A DNA stretch of 64,000 bases, from NCBI GenBank assembly GCA_965659685.1, contig CBFHXB010000011.1:8595-72594 (forward strand), in the 5' to 3' direction. Below, one piece after another: positions 41,735 through 49,733 of the stretch. This stretch comes from Candidatus Poseidoniaceae archaeon. GTDB lineage: Archaea > Thermoplasmatota > Poseidoniia > Poseidoniales > Poseidoniaceae. The stretch's first letter is position 1. Each line of letters begins with the position of its first letter. Both the position numbers and the translations under genes were made by a program. The notes beneath the pieces are model-generated. The model was not told the origin of the DNA and ran no database searches. It worked only from the letters and a program-made list of their open reading frames with translations.

Positions 41735-42466
41735 TCAGGGAAGGTACAGCCCACCGTTCACGTGGAGCACGGCACCGGTCATGTAGGCGCTGTCGTCGCC
41801 GATGAGGAAGGACACCGCTCCCGCCATGTCTTCGGGAGAACCAAGGCGACGCAAGGGCACTTCCGCCTCGCGTGTTTCACGCTTCTGGGGGGTATCGGCG
41901 GCGAGCAGGTCCGTGTCGACGTAGCCAGGTGCAAGCACGTTGACACGTTGCCCTCTCGGACCCGCTTCTTGGGCGAGCGAGCGTGCCCATGCTTGCAGGG
42001 CTGCTTTGGACGCGCTGTAATCGGCGCCATGCGGGGACCCTCGTGTGCCAAGTTGTGAGCCGACCACGACGATTCGGGCGCCGTCGGAAAGATGGGGTTG
42101 AACCGCCGCCCAGACGAGGAAGGCGCCACGGAAATTCACGTTCATGGTCCGATCCAGTTGTGCGAGGTCGAGGTCACTGGCCGGAACCCGGTCGTACCTT
42201 CCATGGTTCAACACCAAGGCCTGCACGGTGCGGGCCATCCACGGGTGGCTGGCCAGCAAGGCCACTTCGTCCTCTGCTGCACAATCGATCTTGACCGCCA
42301 AGGCATCACCACCCGATTCTCGGATGGCGTCAACGACAAACTCGGCCGGACGGGACGACGTCGTGTAGGTGAGCAGGACGTCGAATCCATCCTTTGCCAA
42401 CCGCTTACAGACCGCTGCACCGATGCCGCGGCCTCCACCAGTGACCAAGGCCACGGGGCGGCTCAC
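41735..42466 (-). CDS. short-chain dehydrogenase/reductase (FabG-like)
   Basis: 'TGGGRGIG' and the catalytic 'YSASK' are present. The GTG start overlaps the upstream stop (GTGA). Confidence 0.8.
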   Translation of the reverse strand: MSRPVALVTGGGRGIGAAVCKRLAKDGFDVLLTYTTSSRPAEFVVDAIRESGGDALAVKIDCAAEDEVALLASHPWMARTVQALVLNHGRYDRVPASDLDLAQLDRTMNVNFRGAFLVWAAVQPHLSDGARIVVVGSQLGTRGSPHGADYSASKAALQAWARSLAQEAGPRGQRVNVLAPGYVDTDLLAADTPQKRETREAEVPLRRLGSPEDMAGAVSFLIGDDSAYMTGAVLHVNGGLYLP

Positions 42467-42861
42467 GCCTGTTCCTCCGTGTGCTTGGAGAGGATGGCCC
42501 CAAGTTCGGGGGGCGTCCAGCCTTCGGGCTTCATGACTTTCCCGTCCTCTCTGCGGAGGACCTTTCCGTCCACCAGTTTGGCCATGTTCGAACGATGGAC
42601 TTCGGCGAAGGCCTCGTCGTAGAGGTGATGCAGGCCGTGGTTGATGACCGAGCCCGCGAGGATGTAGCCGATGTCCGCCAGCGCGTCGAGGACTTCGACC
42701 AAATCACCGTCTGCCAAGGCTTGGGCGTATTCCTCCACTTCTTCACGCAGGAGCTTGACGCGCAGTTCGGCCAAGTCCTCCGGGCCAAGTCCTGGCGCGT
42801 CCAACTTCGGGATCTCGAAGGCCTGATTGAACTCCAGCAGGGCCGTCAGCATCGGATTCAT
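42463..42861 (-). CDS. MazG/PRA-PH-like all-alpha nucleotide pyrophosphohydrolase
   Basis: 'LRVKLLREEVEEYAQALADGDLVEVLDALADIGYILAG' is the EExxE/D metal-binding helix pattern. The start is trimmed to ATG 42861. Confidence 0.6.
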   Translation of the reverse strand: MNPMLTALLEFNQAFEIPKLDAPGLGPEDLAELRVKLLREEVEEYAQALADGDLVEVLDALADIGYILAGSVINHGLHHLYDEAFAEVHRSNMAKLVDGKVLRREDGKVMKPEGWTPPELGAILSKHTEEQA

Positions 42862-42913
42862 GCGTCGAAGCGTGACCTTGCAGCACTTGAGCAATCCGCT
42901 CCAGAGGTTCACC

Positions 42914-43891
42914 TCAATCCAGGCAAGACCCATCGCACGGCGGCTCGGTCGCATAAGCCACGGCAAGCGCGGCGAGCAACACCCAACCGGTCAGCATGGA
43001 GACGCGGAACAGCACCGTTTGAAAATCGCCGAAACGCTTCATCCGCAGCACGACGATGACGTTGGCCAGCGCCATCACGCCCGCCGCCGCGAGGAACCAG
43101 ATGCTGTCCACCGGGTCGGCGAACGCAAAGCAAGCAAACCACAACAGCGAGAGTTGGACCGTGGTTCGCGTCGTCGCACGCTCATCGAAACGTGCCGGGA
43201 AGGAGTGGATGCCTTGCGCTTTGTCGCTCTCCATGTCCATGCGGGCGTAGTTGATGTCAAAGGCCGCGATCCAAAGGGCCACGCCGAGGGAGATGGGAAG
43301 GACACTGGGCGCCCAGAGGAATTCGGTCCGTGTGGAAAACATGCCCGTGATGGCGGCCCAACCGTGCACATCGGCCGCCACCGCAACCCACGCGCCTGCA
43401 GGGGCCAAACCCAAGCACAGCCCGAGCCAAAAGTGGCACAGCCACGTGAAGCGCTTCATGTATGGATACACGACGAAGGTCAGGACGGGCAGCCAGGCCA
43501 TCATCAGCGCCACGCGGTTGAGCAGACCTGCGCTGACGAGCAACATGACCAGGAAGCCTGCAGCCAACGACCATGCGGTCCTCATGCTCATGCTTCCTGA
43601 GGCGAGGTGGCGTCCTTGCGTGCGAGGGTTGGCGGCGTCAATGTCCCGGTCAATGATGCGGTTGAGGGCCATGGCCAAGCCTCGGGCGCCGACCGCTGCA
43701 AACAGAATCCAGAGCAGGTCGATGCCAGGTTCGACGTTGAATTGCATCACGGCAACGAGGTAACCGATCAGCACGAAGGGAAGGGAAAACAGGGTGTGCT
43801 CGACTTTGACGAACTCGAGCACGCTGCGGACGTCGATGTCAGGCCCCTCCGTCGGGGAAGCGCAAGTGCGGCGGCCATGAATGGTTCGCAA
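42914..43891 (-). CDS. ubiA: UbiA-family aromatic prenyltransferase
   Basis: 'NRIIDRDIDAANPRT' is present and the protein is polytopic. With the 43891 start it overlaps the ubiD 3' end by 53 nt, so the true start is uncertain. Confidence 0.8.
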   Translation of the reverse strand: MRTIHGRRTCASPTEGPDIDVRSVLEFVKVEHTLFSLPFVLIGYLVAVMQFNVEPGIDLLWILFAAVGARGLAMALNRIIDRDIDAANPRTQGRHLASGSMSMRTAWSLAAGFLVMLLVSAGLLNRVALMMAWLPVLTFVVYPYMKRFTWLCHFWLGLCLGLAPAGAWVAVAADVHGWAAITGMFSTRTEFLWAPSVLPISLGVALWIAAFDINYARMDMESDKAQGIHSFPARFDERATTRTTVQLSLLWFACFAFADPVDSIWFLAAAGVMALANVIVVLRMKRFGDFQTVLFRVSMLTGWVLLAALAVAYATEPPCDGSCLD

Positions 43892-45800
43892 GTTCGGGAT
43901 GGGCGGCCACCTTTTCCAAGGTCTCAGGGCTGTGCAAGGTCACGGCAGGCCATCGGCGCACGCCATGAGCCTCTGAAGGAATCGGCGTGGTGGCGTCCCA
44001 GCAAAGGCGTGCTTTCGCTGCATCAAAGCTGAGGCCACGCCCCACGTCAAAGCGGCAAAAGAACTGCCACAGCATCCTTCGTCGTGCTTTCGAGCCGTGC
44101 AAGTCAAGGTCGTCATCCGTGACGATAAGCCAACGCAATTCCTTTGCGTTTTCCAATTGCCAAATTTGATTTCTCAATTGGTGAATCTTTTCTTGTCGGG
44201 CCTGCTCAAGCGCATCGCCCTCCGACGTGACGTCCGACCCGGTTCGCGCTGAGGGGCGGCCTTCGATGGACACGCTCACCACGAGCATGCTGCTGCGCAG
44301 CAGCCGTGCGTCTTCGACACCGTCGAGCGCGAGCACGGCGCCGAGGTCGTCCCCGGACCAGCCTGGGGCCTCGCCTTCTCCACGCCGCCAGTCAGGGGTG
44401 TCCTGACGGAAGGAACCGAGCAACGGCGAGTCCGAGGAGCGCGGATCCGAACGTGGGATGGAGGTCGCATCGATGATGACCTTGTCGTGGACGTTCTCGT
44501 ACGGGCTTGCCGCTTCGAGCGCGTCCGCCACCATGCCTTCGAGGACCAGCACGTCCTCCGAGGGATCCACCTTGTCGTTGAGGTCGTCAAGGAAGCCTTC
44601 GAGGTCCTTGGGGTCTCGGTCCGGGTCGACCACGACCATGGATTTCAGGAACATCATCTGGCCCGCGCCCATCAGTCCAAGTGCGGTCTTGCGTCCTTGG
44701 CGGGCGTAGCGTTGCTTTGACGCGACGATGGCAAGGTTGTGGAAACCGGTCTCCAACGGCAGATGAACGCTGACCACGTCACGGTGCTGGAAGCGAAGAA
44801 CGGGACTGAACTGACGTCCGATGGCCTCGCCGAGGAAACCGTCCTCCATCGGCGGCAACCCGACGATGGTGGCGGGGAGCATGGCGTCCTTTCGGCGCGT
44901 CACGGCGGTCACGTTCAGCACCGGGTAATGTCCGGTCAAGGAGTAGAACCCGTAGTGATCGCCGAAGGGGCCTTCCACGCGTAAGTCGGTGGGGTCCGTC
45001 CATCCTTCGATGACGATGTCGGCCTCGGCAGGGACCCAGAGGTCTTGCGTCGCCGCTTTGGTCAACGGCAGCCGGCGACGCCCGAGGATGCCAGCAAACT
45101 GGTATTCAGACAGGTTGTCAGGCAGCGGAGAAATCGCCGAGAAAATGAGTTCCGGCGGGCCTCCCAGACAGATGGCGACGGGCATGCGCACACCGGCTGC
45201 TGCGTGGTCTGCGCCATGCTTGTGGACCTGCCAGTGCAACCCTGCTTCCTTTGGTCCAAAAATTTGCGACCGGTACATGCCGAGGTTGTGCTCGCCGCTC
45301 GCGAGGTCGCGCGTCACCACCAAGGGGAGGGTGATGTACGGCCCTCCGTCCATGGGCCACGTCGTCGGGATGGGCAGTTTGGTGAGGTCAGGGTCTCTGT
45401 CAACGATGCGCTGAACGCTCCCTCGTCGCTTGCGCTTCGGGGCGAAGGCCAGGGCGTCCATCGCCAAAGGCAAGGCTTCCCACGGTCGCTTGAGGTAACG
45501 CGGCACGTCAGGCTTCATCATCGCCACCATGCGATCGCCGATGGCCGTCTCCGTCTCGACACCGAGCGCGCGAAGGGTGCGGTCCTCGCTGCCGAAGAGG
45601 TTCATCACCAGAGGAATGTCACTGATGCTGCCGTCAGCCAAGCGGGGTTGCTCGAAGATGACCGCAGGGCCGTCGTTCTTCACCAGGAGGTCAGCGATGG
45701 CGCCGGCCTCGTACACGACGTCGACGGGACGAGGGATGCGCAGCACCTCGCCACGGCTGTCGAGGTGGTCGACCCACCGCTTGAGCGTCCTCCATGCCAC
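43839..45800 (-). CDS. ubiD: UbiD-family (prenyl-FMN-dependent) decarboxylase with a ~150-aa internal insertion
   Basis: The N-terminus 'LKRWVDHLDSRGEVLRIPRPVDVVYEAGAIADL' and the C-terminal 'LIVTDDDLDLHG...MLWQFFCRFDVGRGL' resemble UbiD. It is 653 aa, against ~490-500 aa typical (from memory). Confidence 0.8.
   Translation of the reverse strand: MAWRTLKRWVDHLDSRGEVLRIPRPVDVVYEAGAIADLLVKNDGPAVIFEQPRLADGSISDIPLVMNLFGSEDRTLRALGVETETAIGDRMVAMMKPDVPRYLKRPWEALPLAMDALAFAPKRKRRGSVQRIVDRDPDLTKLPIPTTWPMDGGPYITLPLVVTRDLASGEHNLGMYRSQIFGPKEAGLHWQVHKHGADHAAAGVRMPVAICLGGPPELIFSAISPLPDNLSEYQFAGILGRRRLPLTKAATQDLWVPAEADIVIEGWTDPTDLRVEGPFGDHYGFYSLTGHYPVLNVTAVTRRKDAMLPATIVGLPPMEDGFLGEAIGRQFSPVLRFQHRDVVSVHLPLETGFHNLAIVASKQRYARQGRKTALGLMGAGQMMFLKSMVVVDPDRDPKDLEGFLDDLNDKVDPSEDVLVLEGMVADALEAASPYENVHDKVIIDATSIPRSDPRSSDSPLLGSFRQDTPDWRRGEGEAPGWSGDDLGAVLALDGVEDARLLRSSMLVVSVSIEGRPSARTGSDVTSEGDALEQARQEKIHQLRNQIWQLENAKELRWLIVTDDDLDLHGSKARRRMLWQFFCRFDVGRGLSFDAAKARLCWDATTPIPSEAHGVRRWPAVTLHSPETLEKVAAHPELANHSWPPHLRFPDGGA
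44146..44181 (-). repeat. dual-core CAATTG element inside ubiD (minus strand CCAATTGAGAAATCAAATTTGGCAATTGGAAAACGC)
   Basis: The cores at 44154 and 44175 are 21 bp apart. The minus strand aligns with the plus strand of 39443-39477 at roughly 80% identity: 13/13 at the left, 13/14 at the right, with a divergent spacer. Confidence 0.7.
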
Positions 45801-45826
45801 GTCGGCTTGTCTGTGGTTTTGCCTTT

Positions 45827-45844
45827 GGACCTTCGTGAAGGTCC
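45827..45844. promoter_or_regulatory. 18-bp palindrome GGACCTTC-GT-GAAGGTCC in the ubiD/GGR divergent intergenic region
   Basis: The 8-nt arms are perfect. It is centred in the ~70-bp spacer between the ubiD start (45800) and the reductase start (45870), so it is a candidate operator. Confidence 0.45.
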
Positions 45845-45869
45845 ATGCCTTGGGGCAGACGGACCATTG

Positions 45870-47138
45870 ATGGACTCTGTCCGCTCAAGTCATGCCATGG
45901 GAGAGGGCTCCGCCGTCGACGTGGACCTCGTGGTCATCGGCGCAGGTCCGGGCGGCGGCTCCGCAGCGTTGCACGCTTCCCGGCTCGGCTTGTCCGTGAT
46001 GGTGCTGGAGGCTGACCCTGAGATCGGTACCCCCGTTCATTGTGGCGAATGCCTGTCGCATCTCGCGACCGAGCAACTCGAACTCGACCTGCCTGAGCAC
46101 GTCATCGCTTTGACCGTGGACGGCGTCCGCGTCATCTTCCCTGACGGCACGGCAAAGCTCCTGACCGAACCGGGTTACGTGCTCGAAAAGCACCTGTTTG
46201 AACGATGGATCATGGAACAAGCCGAAGGGCGCGGTGCGGACGTTCATCTCGGGCATCGCGTCACCAAAATGGAGCGAGAGTACAACAGCGAAAATCAATT
46301 TTCCAATTGGCTTATCGAAGGTCGGGGGGATGCATTTCCTCTTCGTTGCCGTGGCGTCATCGACGCCTCGGGTGTGCACGGAGCCGCCTCCAAAATCCTC
46401 GGGATGCCGGGAGAAGTTGAGGTCATTGCTGGCTTCCAATACGAACTCAACGACGTGCCCAACGTCGGCTACCTCGATTTCTACATCCAGCCGGAGTATG
46501 CCCCTCATGGTTACGTGTGGATGATTCCAAAGGAAGGCGAACGCGCCAACGTCGGTTTGGTCACCACGGACAAGAAAGGGGCCATCAAGTACCTCGATCA
46601 ATTCATCGAGGACACCTACCTCAACGGCAAGCCTCACGTCAATCCACCTTGGCGAAAAGAGGGCATCAAGGTGAGGCCCTTCGGCGGGACCATTCCGATT
46701 TCTGGCCCACGTCCAAGCACCGTGGAAGACGGCTTGTTGTTGGTCGGCGACGCCGCAGGATTCACGTCCCCCCTCTTCGAAGGCGGCACTCACCTTGCAC
46801 TTTGGTCGGGCCGAGCCGCTGCGGAGACGTTCGCCGAGGCCATCGCCGCTGGGGCGCCCACCAAGGCCAGCCTCGCCGGCTACCAACGTCGATGGAAAGG
46901 GGCCTTCCCACCGTACCACAAGATCCTGCGAGGGAAGACGGCCCTCTACGACCTCAGCGACGAGGAGATGTCGGTCATGGCTCGATGCCTCCCTGAGGAA
47001 CTCGGATCCATGTCGGCCATGCAGAAGTTGGGCATCGGCCTGAAGATCCTCGTCAAGCGGCCGGCGTTGTTGACCAAGCGCGTCATTTCGGTGCTCCTTT
47101 CCTTTGGGTATTCGCGGGCCAAGCACTTCGGTTGGTGA
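45870..47138 (+). CDS. geranylgeranyl reductase family FAD-dependent oxidoreductase
   Basis: 'DLVVIGAGPGGGSAA' (FAD binding), 'GDAAGFTSPLFEGG' and 'HGYVWMIPK' are present. The start is ATG 45870 or 45897. The track start 45045 is an antisense run through ubiD. Confidence 0.8.
   Translation: MDSVRSSHAMGEGSAVDVDLVVIGAGPGGGSAALHASRLGLSVMVLEADPEIGTPVHCGECLSHLATEQLELDLPEHVIALTVDGVRVIFPDGTAKLLTEPGYVLEKHLFERWIMEQAEGRGADVHLGHRVTKMEREYNSENQFSNWLIEGRGDAFPLRCRGVIDASGVHGAASKILGMPGEVEVIAGFQYELNDVPNVGYLDFYIQPEYAPHGYVWMIPKEGERANVGLVTTDKKGAIKYLDQFIEDTYLNGKPHVNPPWRKEGIKVRPFGGTIPISGPRPSTVEDGLLLVGDAAGFTSPLFEGGTHLALWSGRAAAETFAEAIAAGAPTKASLAGYQRRWKGAFPPYHKILRGKTALYDLSDEEMSVMARCLPEELGSMSAMQKLGIGLKILVKRPALLTKRVISVLLSFGYSRAKHFGW
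46291..46310 (-). repeat. CAATTGGAA element copy inside the reductase gene (plus AAAATCAATTTTCCAATTGG)
   Basis: It has the exact core on the minus strand. The plus-strand 20-mer matches 63483-63502 (AAAATCAATTTTCTAATTGG) at 19/20. Confidence 0.65.
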
Positions 47139-47188
47139 GCCTCGCTCGCATGGCAAGGTTCAGGACGTGAGCCCCCTCCATCTCGCCG

Positions 47189-49684
47189 ATGGGGTGGTTC
47201 GCGCTCGGCCTCGGCCTTGTGGGCTGCCTCATGGTGTTGCTTCCGTGGCAACGTTGGCGAAAGGCCGAGTCGCCTTCTCGTCTTCCCACCCTTGGCGTGG
47301 TCCTCGCATGGGTGCCGTTCGTCGTCCTCGTGTCGCGCTTTGTCGGCAACGACCTCAGCATCGCGGTGGTCAATGCCTCGGGCGGTGGCGACATGCCGCT
47401 CCTGTATAGGGTGGCCGCCACCTGGTCGGCCCGGACCGGGCCCTTGTTGCTCTGGGCGGGATTCACCGCGACCTTGGCATGGTGGTGGCGCCGACCCATG
47501 GAACGCGAATCGGAGGCCATGGCGGAACGGCGCGTCGGGCTGTTGGGCGGTTTTGCTGCCTTGTTGATGCTGCTCGCCATTCACCTGAAGCCCTTCGCAC
47601 CCACCCTCCCGGGGGCCCTTCCTGGTGAATTGAGCCCGCTGCTTCAGACCGATCTGATGGTGGTGCATCCACCGCTGGTGTTCCTTGCTTACGCCTATTG
47701 CCTCTCCATCGCCGCGACCGCGGTCTCGTCGGTGGGTCAGGACGATGCCGGCTTGCTCGACCGGATGGTTCGGCAAGCCAGGCCCGGCTTCTTCGTCACC
47801 ACCCTCGCGATTGGCTTGGGTGGCTTGTGGGCGTACCTCATCCTCGATTGGGGCGGTTACTGGGCGTGGGACCCCGTGGAGACGGCATCGTTTCTGCCTT
47901 GGTTGGCGCTGACCGTGATGGCGCACCTTCGGACGGTCCCCACAAAGGTTCCACCTGCGGTGCTTCGAGGGGTGGGCCTGATGACCGGAGCGCTCGCGCT
48001 GTTCGCGACCTTGGTCACCCGAGCGGGTGGGGCGTGGGCATCGTCGGTGCACACCTTTGTGGTGGACGCTGAAGGCAGCAGACCACCCGATGCGTTTGGT
48101 CGCATCGTGGCCTTGGCCGTTGACTCAGGGCCTGGCATTGAGGTCATGACCTACCTTCTCGTGCTTCTCGGTTTGGTCGGTTGGTGGTTTGCCGATGTCG
48201 CCGTTTCCGCTGGATCACGTCGTCACGCGCCCTCCCTCGTGTCGGACCTAGCGGTGCCCTTGCTCGTCCTTGTCGCGGTGCTCTTGGAAGCCTTCTCATC
48301 CACACCAGTTGCGTTGCTCGGCAAGCAAAGTTTCCCGTGGCTTTGGGCGGCGGTCATCATGCTCCCTACGGTGGCCGCAACCCGCCGGATTCGCGTCGAA
48401 GACCGTGCCGAAGGCCACTCTTTTGGCCGCCCGTACGGGGTCCCGCTCGACCTCCTTATGGCGGTCCTCATTGCCGTTCTCGGAGGCGACGTCTTCCTGG
48501 CCGTGCTATGGCTCGCCCTGTTCGCTCCATTGGCGCATTCCACGTCACCGACAGAGGCGTGGCCTGCTGCGGTAGCAGGCGTTGCTCTCGCTCTTGCAGC
48601 GGCGTGGACCGACCTTGCAGAGGTTGGTGTCGCCGTCCTCATGCTGCTCCCCTTCCTCCTGCCTTGGCTCCTTGAAGGGGAAAGCGAAGAGGAGGCCTCC
48701 AAGGGCTCATCTCTGAAGCGTTCCATGCTGCGTGCGTCGCTTTGGGCCGGAGCGGGGCTCTCAGGATTGGTGCTCGTACTGACCTTGGTCATCCTTCTCG
48801 GGTCCATTGACCAGATCCACTTCGCGGCGCATGAGGTCTACACGTCGGTGCTCATCGCTTCCGCGGGAGGAGCCTTTGTGCTCTACGGCACACGGGATGA
48901 GCCTCCACAACGAAGGATGGCTCTGCTTGTGGCAGCGTTGGCGTGCAGCGGACTCGGTGTTTGGCTTGCGCCTGGATGGTGGGGAGGCGACGCACTCGAA
49001 GCCCTGAGCAGCCTTGTCTTGCGGGGTCACGTTGCTTGGATTGTTTTGCCGGTCCTGCTCATGGCCGTGCCCATTGTGGCTCGCGAACTCGGACGCAGGG
49101 TCAGGGCCACGTCCTCGACACCGCTGTGGCGACGTATTCCAGTCCAAGCCCACGTGGTTCACCTTGGGCTGTTGTTGCTGTTGGTGGGGCACGTGTTCAC
49201 CACGACCCTGGTCGACCGCGGTGACCCGATTCACCGCATCACCATGTTGCAGGACGAGGCCGTGGTCGTCGATGGACTGAGTTACACCTTCACAGAATTG
49301 ACCTTGGTTCCCGAAGATGAACTTCGGGTCGGGGACGGTGGGATTTTTGCCACCATTGAGGTCCGCGACGGAGAACGGAACCTCGGAACCGTCGAGCCAG
49401 GCATGGTTCGATTCGACGCCTCCGGTTTCCCGCGTTCGGAAGTGGACGTGCTGCGGCGTTGGTCGGGTGACGTGGTCTTCATCTTCGATTATTCACAAGC
49501 CGACACGCTGATGCCTCAAACCCTCGGTGACGACGGTGAAGGAGTGGACGCGGTCCGCATCACGGTGTACCGCCTCCCCCAGAGTCATTTGGTTTGGGTG
49601 GGCTGGGGGCTGATGTTGCTTGGTATGGCCGCGCTGGGCCTCCGACATGCGGGTTCTCCACCACCGTCCTCAGCGGCCGCTTGA
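47189..49684 (+). CDS. ccmF: CcmF/NrfE-like cytochrome c-type biogenesis (heme lyase) membrane protein
   Basis: The Trp-rich heme-handling motif 'WGGYWAWDPVETASFLPWL' is present. The protein is polytopic and 831 aa. Confidence 0.75.
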   Translation: MGWFALGLGLVGCLMVLLPWQRWRKAESPSRLPTLGVVLAWVPFVVLVSRFVGNDLSIAVVNASGGGDMPLLYRVAATWSARTGPLLLWAGFTATLAWWWRRPMERESEAMAERRVGLLGGFAALLMLLAIHLKPFAPTLPGALPGELSPLLQTDLMVVHPPLVFLAYAYCLSIAATAVSSVGQDDAGLLDRMVRQARPGFFVTTLAIGLGGLWAYLILDWGGYWAWDPVETASFLPWLALTVMAHLRTVPTKVPPAVLRGVGLMTGALALFATLVTRAGGAWASSVHTFVVDAEGSRPPDAFGRIVALAVDSGPGIEVMTYLLVLLGLVGWWFADVAVSAGSRRHAPSLVSDLAVPLLVLVAVLLEAFSSTPVALLGKQSFPWLWAAVIMLPTVAATRRIRVEDRAEGHSFGRPYGVPLDLLMAVLIAVLGGDVFLAVLWLALFAPLAHSTSPTEAWPAAVAGVALALAAAWTDLAEVGVAVLMLLPFLLPWLLEGESEEEASKGSSLKRSMLRASLWAGAGLSGLVLVLTLVILLGSIDQIHFAAHEVYTSVLIASAGGAFVLYGTRDEPPQRRMALLVAALACSGLGVWLAPGWWGGDALEALSSLVLRGHVAWIVLPVLLMAVPIVARELGRRVRATSSTPLWRRIPVQAHVVHLGLLLLLVGHVFTTTLVDRGDPIHRITMLQDEAVVVDGLSYTFTELTLVPEDELRVGDGGIFATIEVRDGERNLGTVEPGMVRFDASGFPRSEVDVLRRWSGDVVFIFDYSQADTLMPQTLGDDGEGVDAVRITVYRLPQSHLVWVGWGLMLLGMAALGLRHAGSPPPSSAAA

Positions 49685-49733
49685 CTTATGAGGAAGGCTC
49701 CGGTGGCTCGGCGCACCGCAAGGTGGCAACATC

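Noticed and set aside
45885-47156. A 423-aa minus-strand ORF, plus 46946..48052 (368 aa).
   Set aside because: They are antisense to the geranylgeranyl reductase and CcmF genes, which have clear family signatures. The translations are R/G/P/H-rich.
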